Below, piece after piece: positions 56,481-64,000 of a DNA stretch of 64,000 bases. The stretch is from Chrysomallon squamiferum (Eukaryota > Animalia > Mollusca), in NCBI GenBank assembly GCA_012295275.1, contig CM022671.1, positions 26,660,001-26,724,000 on the forward strand, read 5' to 3'. The notes beneath the pieces are model-generated. The model was not told where the DNA came from and made no database searches. It saw only the letters and a list, made by a program, of their open reading frames with translations. A program made the translations under genes and the position numbers. Position 1 is the first letter of the stretch; every line of letters begins with the position of its first letter.

Positions 56481-56557
56481 AAATTAAATTAAATTAAATT
56501 AATGAATGCATGACTAATGCATAATTATCTTCAGAAAGAATTATCTAAAAAATAAGG

Positions 56558-56618
<61 letters not shown>

Positions 56619-56633
56619 TATTAAAATTAAATT
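56387..56633. repeat. ~115-130 bp tandem duplication containing (AAT)n(ATT)n palindromes
   Basis: aatgaatgcatgactaatgcataattatcttca.aaagaa..tatctaaaa.ataaggataataat... starts at 56387 and again at 56501. Confidence 0.9.
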
Positions 56634-57197
56634 ATGTAACTAATTTACACAGAAAAGATATAACAAATTAATTAATTCATTAGTGTTTATGCATGTTTAT
56701 GAACATGTATATTCCAGGAATTTGTCAATTACAAGCAGGAGAGAAAAAAGTGAATGTTTATGTTTTTCTTTTATTTTTCGTTTAACTTTTAAGGGAAAAT
56801 AAATAAAACCGAAAAAGGAAAAACAGCTCCTAAATTCATACATGTACAGAAATAATAATTTGTGCTTTGTCATTTGATTCTTGTTCATGGTCTACTTGCC
56901 AATATCTGCGAGATTGTAATAGCATTGTAATTACTTGCCCAACAAAAAATTCCTGGAATAGTGCAATTTTTGCCAACTCGACAGAACATTACATCAGAAT
57001 TGCTTTTGAGCTGAAGTGGTATGAGAAGGAACAAATGAGCAAACAGATTGTGTAAATCACACCATTTGAGCCGAGACGCATTCCTTTCACAAAACGCGGG
57101 CTCACAAACAACTGCATCGCCACCGTTTAATCAGTTATTCATTTTCATCCCCACCTACCCCCACGACTTGGTGTACTAACTGATTTGCCTGTTACAG

Positions 57198-57212
57198 TCA
57201 AATCAGAAATCG
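57198..57212 (+). CDS. Candidate alternative 15-nt microexon (SNQKS) in the plexin Sema domain
   Basis: TACTAAC at 57174-57180, then tgatttgcctgttacag| (AG 57196-57197), exon TCAAATCAGAAATCG, donor |GTAGGG at 57213. Phase 0, no stop, inside a phase-0 intron, with CpG-retaining flanks. Confidence 0.35.
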
Positions 57213-57999
57213 GTAGGGGGGGGAATAATCGATGTCATTTTAGGTTTTGTATGCTTTAAGAGTGTTTTCAACATGACAGATTTAAAAAAAAAGAAAAAAA
57301 AAAGATAAAAAAAGATAAAAAAAAAAAGAATGAAAAAAAAAAAAGAAAAACGTAAAACATTATTCAGCAAAGATCAGATGAAATCAGTGCCGTTTATCAG
57401 CTGTATTGATCAACGGTAGGGCACATTACTGAATGAATTTCCAGTTTTATTCAATTTCCGCAAATGGCTGTTACAGTTTCCTTGTGAAATAAAACTGATT
57501 ATTTGTAAACAGCTTCAGTCTGTTGTTTAGACAGATACATTGAATTCTAGATTTGTGCATGATTTGTCGAGATAATGATAACCAAAGTATTTTTATTTTA
57601 AAAATAAAACAATCCAGCAGAAACTGATATTGTAAAGCAGTGAACTGTGTACAAAGAAGTTGTTTTAGAATAGATTCTAAGCTGAAAATGTAGCTAAATT
57701 AAATAAGGTTTTGTCACGGATGTTATGTCAAGTATCATAATTACATGCTAAATATATCGTAATTCTGAGCTGAAGAATAAATACACAGCTTTTCTCAATT
57801 ACTGAACAATTGATTCTATTTAAGTACAATAACAACCAAAAAATAAATAAATAACCAACATTAAAAAGAAAAAAAAAAAAGAAAGAAAAAAAAAAGTTGA
57901 ACAAAAAAGAAATATAAACAAACAAAAACAAAACAGATAGTAATGCAGGATTTGCTGAGTGACTATATTTCACTTTATTTATGTCTGATCATATATAAT

Positions 58000-58255
58000 T
58001 TTCTGTACATACATCTATTATTGTATCTGTACACATATCTGCACACATATCTGCATATACATCTGCATATACATCTGCATACATATCTACATATACTCAA
58101 AATCAGTTACACCCATAAACATCAAAACATGAAGTATATACATCACACATACATACACATATGTCCCATACACACACATATATACATAAATATAATACAC
58201 CCATACATATACACATATATGTCATATGCAGCCATACACACATACACACTTACAT
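58000..58255. repeat. Degenerate (ACATATCTGCAT)/(CATA) low-complexity tract
   Basis: 12-mer units at 58030-58095, grading into CATA/CACA repeats. Confidence 0.8.
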
Positions 58256-58341
58256 GCCGTAGACTCACAACAGATAAGATACAGACACAACTCAGACTAT
58301 TTTCAGTTTGTTACAATTTTTACACATTTTTCTTGTTGCAG

Positions 58342-58536
58342 GAGTTTGTCATATCAGATGACTACTGTGGTGAACATGACATCAACTTTCCAATTGATGG
58401 AAAACCAATCAACAAGTCTGCAGTTTTGAAATTCAAGCACAACACAACAGTGTCTTCAATAATAGTGGACAGAATCCCCAAAACTCAGCAACACACTGTG
58501 GCATTTGTAGGCACCACCAGTGGACATATCATAAAG
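58342..58536 (+). CDS. PlexB: Plexin coding exon 2 (Sema domain): EFVISDDYCGEHDINFPIDG...TVAFVGTTSGHIIK
   Basis: Acceptor tttttcttgttgcag| at 58341, donor AAG|GTAAGG at 58537; 195 nt, phase 0/0, in frame with the previous exon. DDYCG and TVAFVGT..G.I.K are typical plexin Sema motifs. Confidence 0.93.
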
Positions 58537-59438
58537 GTAAGGATTTTGTTTTGTTTGAAGAACTGTGTATATTGTACTTAAAGTGAACAACATTTCAGGT
58601 GTCTGTTTACATAGTTACTGCACATCAGCAGAGGTTGTAATGTCTGTGCAGTTGATGCATCTGCCATCTTTCAATGTTTGTGTTATTTCTATACGCAGAA
58701 CGTTTTTAATATAAAATTATAGTGATGAGGTCACCAGATTTTCAGTTTGTATATATATATTTAGATTGCAACTTTTGCAATGTTATTTAGCACTAAATTC
58801 TAACCCACCAGTTTTTGTCATGCTTATACACACTGAATGTAGACCAGCCCTCATAGTGTCTAAATACAGACAAAACATTAGACTGTATATGTATCTAAAA
58901 TAGATCACCACTGATAACAGACAATGGCTGTTTGATGAATAAAGACTTTTCATTATTGCGGTATTTACACAGTCTGGACAAGTAGATATCATTTATATCC
59001 ATCAGACACAGACTATGAATACTTGTATTATGAGACAGTGTGGATTTTCCATCAGTAAATTTTTGTTATGACATATGACGATTTCTTTATATGTATGTAC
59101 ACACATATGTAGTATGTATACATAGTATAAATTACATCGTTTAATGATCTTTAAATTGAAAATGCCCTAACTTTAGAAAGAATATAAATTATTCTCCCAA
59201 TTTTGATTCAGGGCTTTTATAGTCATGTTTTGGCTAACAGAAATTTCAGCAAAGGTTAAAAACTTGATTTTTAAAGTGTATAAAACAGTTTATAAAAAAT
59301 ATTTACAAAATGGTTAGACCTTCATCATGATGGTGTTTAATGGCTCTATTAATAATAAATGAATTAACAATTCTTTTCTTGTTAATAATTCAGTACATAC
59401 AGGAAAACTAGACAGGCCTTAAAAGCTTTGTCTGACAC

Positions 59439-60132
59439 CTAGTACGGAAAACATATTAGTGCTGTATGTATGTATTGTTACTATGCATTGTTGTACACAT
59501 GACAGTATATTGTTTCATTAGCGATGAATTAAAGGGACTGTTCTCAGATATTTCCTGTTTCATTCGGCCACTGCTCTTATTTCATTGGTATTTTGTTTGT
59601 GTGCATCTCAATGACAATTCATTTCATCCCAGTTTAATAAATTTGAGAATGCTGTATTTTCTATTAGTATAAAATAAATACGTATTCTTAGTTGAATTCA
59701 TAATTTTATTTATTTAAATGTTTTTTTAAAGGTGTTAATTCTGATATGTGTCGGTCCTAGTTAATAAATTACAGAACACATTGATCCTTGGCACAGACAG
59801 ATCCAGTCTTACCCAGCAATTGCCTGGCTTGTTATTTTAATTAAACTATTTGTCTTTTAGACCCAGTAGTACTGTGCAGCTGTATCTATGTCTGTCATAT
59901 ATATCTTGATGTACATAGGTTTTACAAAATCCGGGAGACTATGTATTTCACTAGTATAGAAAAGAGTGCTAAATACAAGTATTTGTTTATTATGCATTGT
60001 TGTACACTTGACAATAGATTGTTTCATTAGAGATGAAGTGGACTGTTCTCAGATATTTCCTGTTTCATTCAACCATTGCTCAGATTTCATTTGTAAAGTA
60101 CTTTGTGTGCATCTCAGTGACAGTTTATTTCA
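59439..60132. repeat. Diverged ~185-bp direct repeat pair (59439-59626 and 59951-60132)
   Basis: Shared tatgcattgttgtacac.tgaca, attgtttcattag.gatgaa, ggactgttctcagatatttcctgtttcattc and tttgtgtgcatctca.tgaca. Confidence 0.85.
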
Positions 60133-60510
60133 AAAAATGTATCCACTGGAGTTAATTTTTTATTTCCGAAAATTAAGTTCATCCATAAACTTTGATTTAT
60201 TTTGTCATGCAACATAATTCCTTATGCTTTAAATGGCCATTATGTTAGAATAATTTAAAAATTCTTTAGTCATCATTATTTACAATCTCCTCACAGTTTT
60301 TTCATAATTATTTTACACATAAGAAATTTCATCATATCATTATTAAGTAATGATGATATTTGATGGCAGTCATTATTAATAGAATTTTAAACACTGAGAA
60401 TTTTCCCTATGCTTGTTGTCATCATCTTAAAATAATAAAGATAAGTCTTCATTATTATTGTTTTGAACATAATTAAAAACCAACAACAAACAATAAAAAA
60501 ATAAAAACAA

Positions 60511-60690
60511 TCAAGGCATAGCCACATGCTTTCCTGTTTATGATAAAGTTTTTATAAAAGATTCCTTGCTCTTAATTGATAAAATAGCCCATTGAATGGT
60601 GGCACTAGGTTTCATATTATTATAACTGATTGGTTAATTAATTAGTTATTCATTTATTCATTTTAGTCATTGATTCATTCATAAAATCAT
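60511..60690 (+). mobile_element. SINE V-domain-like fragment with an (ATTC)n-like tail
   Basis: tcaaggc..atgctttcctgt..tataaaagattccttgctcttaattgataaaatagcccattgaatggtggcactaggtttc matches my recollection of the V-SINE core. Confidence 0.6.
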
Positions 60691-60788
60691 CTAGAATACA
60701 TTTGTTTACATTTGTTTGTCATCATTATAACATGATAATTCAGTGTAGAGCAAGAATCTAAAACCCTTTGCTTTTATTTTTTATTTAG

Positions 60789-60917
60789 GTGGCTATTGAA
60801 AGCAAAGATGAAGCTATAGCATATGAGGATGTGACACTGCAGGAGGGAAATGTAATATCTTCTGATATGCACCTTGATGATTCCAAGAAATACCTGTATG
60901 CAATGACCAACAAAACG
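60789..60917 (+). CDS. PlexB: Plexin coding exon 3 (end of Sema domain): VAIESKDEAIAYEDVTLQEGNVISSDMHLDDSKKYLYAMTNKT
   Basis: Acceptor ttttattttttatttag| at 60788, donor ACG|GTAAGC at 60918; 129 nt, phase 0/0. DM.LD....LYAMT is the C-terminal Sema blade motif. Not in the supplied ORF track. The following PSI-domain exon was not found in the window. Confidence 0.9.
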
Positions 60918-62243
60918 GTAAGCATTTTAAAACATTATTAGATTTTTTTTCTTCTTCAGTTTTAAAAAATAATTTTATTATAAGATTATGCGTTTGTGAC
61001 ACTTTGCCTCTAGCATTAGTTCTAGTTTGTATCTGCAACTCTTGTAGCATAAACTCTGATGATTTGTGCATCTTACAGAATTGGCTTCTATTTTCTTTCT
61101 GTAATATCATAGATTTTGACATTTTTATGTCACATGGTAATCATTATTTTTGACAACGTTTGGACTAAATATTGGTATGAACATGAACTAGCATCTGTTG
61201 TGAAGGGTATTAAATAAAATACCTATATCTCAGGTGTGAATGCTTCAGTTAAATATCAGTAATATAAATCAGTCACTATACACAAAAATTAAATAAAGGA
61301 CTGACAGACATTTCGAAAATGCAGATTACACAGAAATTGAAGCCCAAATAATATAAATAAATATATTAATTTTTTATCAAGACCACAGGGTAACTGTAGT
61401 GTGTGTGCGTGTGCGTACGTGTGTGTGTGTGTGTGTATAATATTTGTTATTTACCACATTAATTTCCATGTTTATAATTTCTTATGTGGGTTATGCACAT
61501 TTTTGTACAAGCTAAATAGTTACAAGGATGGTCTGTTCTGCATCCAGTTCAGATAAATGGCATATTTGTTCATGGATGCATTAAAGTCTTTCATTGTGAG
61601 TAAAGTAAAGTATTGTATGTGTTAAATAAAAGTAGGTTAATGCACGAGTAAAATGTGTGCATATCAGAAGAGATTTAACAAGCCAGAAACTGCTGGATAA
61701 CAGTGTTCTAATATGACACTGGTTAAAAGTCTGGCCTAATAGCTGTTTGGGAATGGTTGTAAAAGCACTTGTCAAAAAGATTAAACACAACATTCAGTAT
61801 GTGGTAAAATAGCAAAGTAAAAAAAAAAAGCTAGAAAAATATTTCGGTAATAAAAAATATTTAAATAAACACATTGTTTTGTAAATTTGTTAAAACGTGA
61901 GTTAAAACACCTTTTTTAATCAAAAACTTTAAAAAAAGGTATTTTGGAATTTTTTTAATTACAGTTTAAAAGCTTTAGCCTAAATTGATTTCTTTCAAGT
62001 TTCAAATTTTCAATTTAGTTTTTATTTGTGATGGTGATATTTTCAAAAGCCAACTAAATGTCAAGGCTAATGTTACAGCTATTGTTTGTTCAGCAGTCCA
62101 CAGTTTTGCACAGACTGTTATATGTGTAGTAACCGAGAGAAAAGAATAGATTAGCACATGAACATCAAAAATGATTTAAAGGAACCTCATCTGCCTTTTG
62201 ATGAGTTGATTTCCTTTCTACATCCTTTTTCATTCTGAAGAAA

Positions 62244-62277
<34 letters not shown>

Positions 62278-62724
62278 TATGAAATTTAAAACCTTTGGTA
62301 AAATGATTGGCCATTAATAAAATATTCATTTTTTGTTTATTAGTTCAGTATTTCAAACAGTTAAGTCTATAAGAAATTATGTTACCGTATTTCATGTTCG
62401 ATGACATTGGTACTTGACAAATCTGTAACAGTACTTCTTGTAGTCTTCAGTTCAGTTTCAGGATCGCAAGAGTACAAAAATACATTTTTTCTCTATTCTG
62501 TGAACCTAAGGCAAGGAAGGCTTTTTACAGGTTTCCTTTATGACCTAAATAGTCTCAAGTCTGTTTCCATTATTTTCCCCTTGCCATATTTATTTTCATA
62601 ACCCTGTGTCTGTAAGAATAATTTCTCAAGTGTTTTCTTGAGCATTTTTCCATTCGATATTGCTTACTCTTGATTGTGTTATAATGGGGAGAAAATATCA
62701 CTTCATTTTCACTGTGCTACTATA

Positions 62725-62797
62725 TCCTCCTCCTCCTCCTACTCATCATCATCATCATCATCATCATCATCACTGTCATCATCATTATCATCATCAA
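62725..62797. repeat. (TCC)n(TCA)n trinucleotide tract
   Basis: Direct reading. Confidence 0.92.
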
Positions 62798-63184
62798 TGA
62801 TGTCATAATCTGCAGGAGGAGAGCTTTAATCCATACTGTATCCTATGGTATAAAATAATTAGATTTAGGGATGCCCAAAGTTGTAAGTGTATGTTATTTA
62901 CTCAGCTTGATGGTGTCTGTTTACTAGGTGTCTGTGTTGGTTACTTGAAAGGCACTGAAAACAGTGTGTGGTGTTTTTTATGTAACAGCTGGGAGGCTTT
63001 TCTACTCATCAGGTCCAGGCTACAGGTTCAGACAGATGTTAGAGAAGGAAGACTTGAGAGTGTCTCTCTGGATCTTTGTTTATGTAGATGATATTTCATC
63101 GTTTTGCCTTCATTTGAAATGGATTTTGAAAATTGCTAAGAGATTAAGGTTAATGAGTAATGCCAAAAACTGATTTCAAGTAGC

Positions 63185-63215
<31 letters not shown>

Positions 63216-64000
63216 TAAATTTTATTTTATTTTTTATTATTATTTTTAATGTAATTAATAACAAGAAAAGTGAGAGAACTTCTTATTTGACCTATGTTTT
63301 TCTTTCTTTTCTCTTTTTTTTTTTTCTTTACTCTCATTATTTATTCTAGTAATTTTTCTGATGCACTCTCATATTTTTCTATTTTTCTTTTTTTTTGGAA
63401 TGCCAGTTCTGATTCATTATTTATTTATCCTTGGAAATAATTTAAATATTAGAAATACTGTTAGAAAAAAAGAAATGCTGATAAAGACAGCTGAATCTAT
63501 TTTAATAATGCATGTTTGCATAAGTGAAATCATCCAAAACACAACATACAAAAATGCACAAATATTTTGCCATTAATTTTTGCAAGCATGTCTTGGCTTA
63601 AATATTGAAGAGTTTAAAACTCTTTGTTTCAAAAAAAGAAAACAAACATACACTAAAACAGGCATATTTTATTTTCCCATAAGAATACCACCATTAGATT
63701 AACCCAGGAAAGGCCATTATAATGTTATTATTCAAAACATGCAAATGCATACACTCAGGAATCTCACTTATGTTACTGAAGCAAGCACCACTAAGGATAG
63801 AATAATTCATTTTGACAGATCTGTTTGTAAATTGTAACTAGAGATGTTTATACACAAACACAGATTGTACTTTGATGACAAAATCTCAAATGTATCTAGA
63901 AAAAAGAAAAAAAAAATTCAGGTTAAAATATTGGCCGTATTATTTAACTACTTGTTCAGCAGACAAGAAAATAAAGATTTCTGTGAGATGTCAACCTGGT

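Noticed and set aside
57943-58341. His/Tyr/Ile-rich N-terminus of the 212-aa ORF
   Set aside because: Translation of a CATA/CACA low-complexity intronic tract; only 58342-58536 is exon.
62891-63173. Possible next plexin exon (PSI domain)
   Set aside because: The acceptor-like ttactag|GTG reads into a stop within seven codons in phase 0, and there is no C..C..C...DPYCGWC pattern.

Overview
AT-rich eukaryotic DNA with spliceosomal introns, many microsatellites and decayed tRNA-derived SINEs. The SINE type suggests a mollusc, probably a gastropod (inference, not verified). The only confidently protein-coding content is the 5' end of a plus-strand plexin gene, closest by recalled motifs to Drosophila PlexB. 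Its signal peptide and Sema domain are encoded by three phase-0 exons (55073-56179, 58342-58536, 60789-60917), and the gene continues past the window end. A CpG-retaining promoter at about 8.6-9.05 kb looks bidirectional. It appears to drive an ATG-free plus-strand first exon (donor at 9055, probably the plexin leader, implying ~46 kb of 5' intron) and a spliced minus-strand transcript of unknown product (candidate exons 8686-~8760, 7376-7427, 1401-1422). The long 5' region holds several candidate alternative first or UTR exons, CpG islets, degenerate minisatellites and SINE relics. The best novel candidate is a frame-preserving 15-nt (or 6-nt) microexon at 57198-57212 inside the Sema domain. 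It has a perfect TACTAAC branch point, a TGC before the AG, and a predicted hairpin covering both splice sites. Nearly all supplied short ORFs are low-complexity artefacts. No CRISPR array, rRNA or intact tRNA gene is seen.
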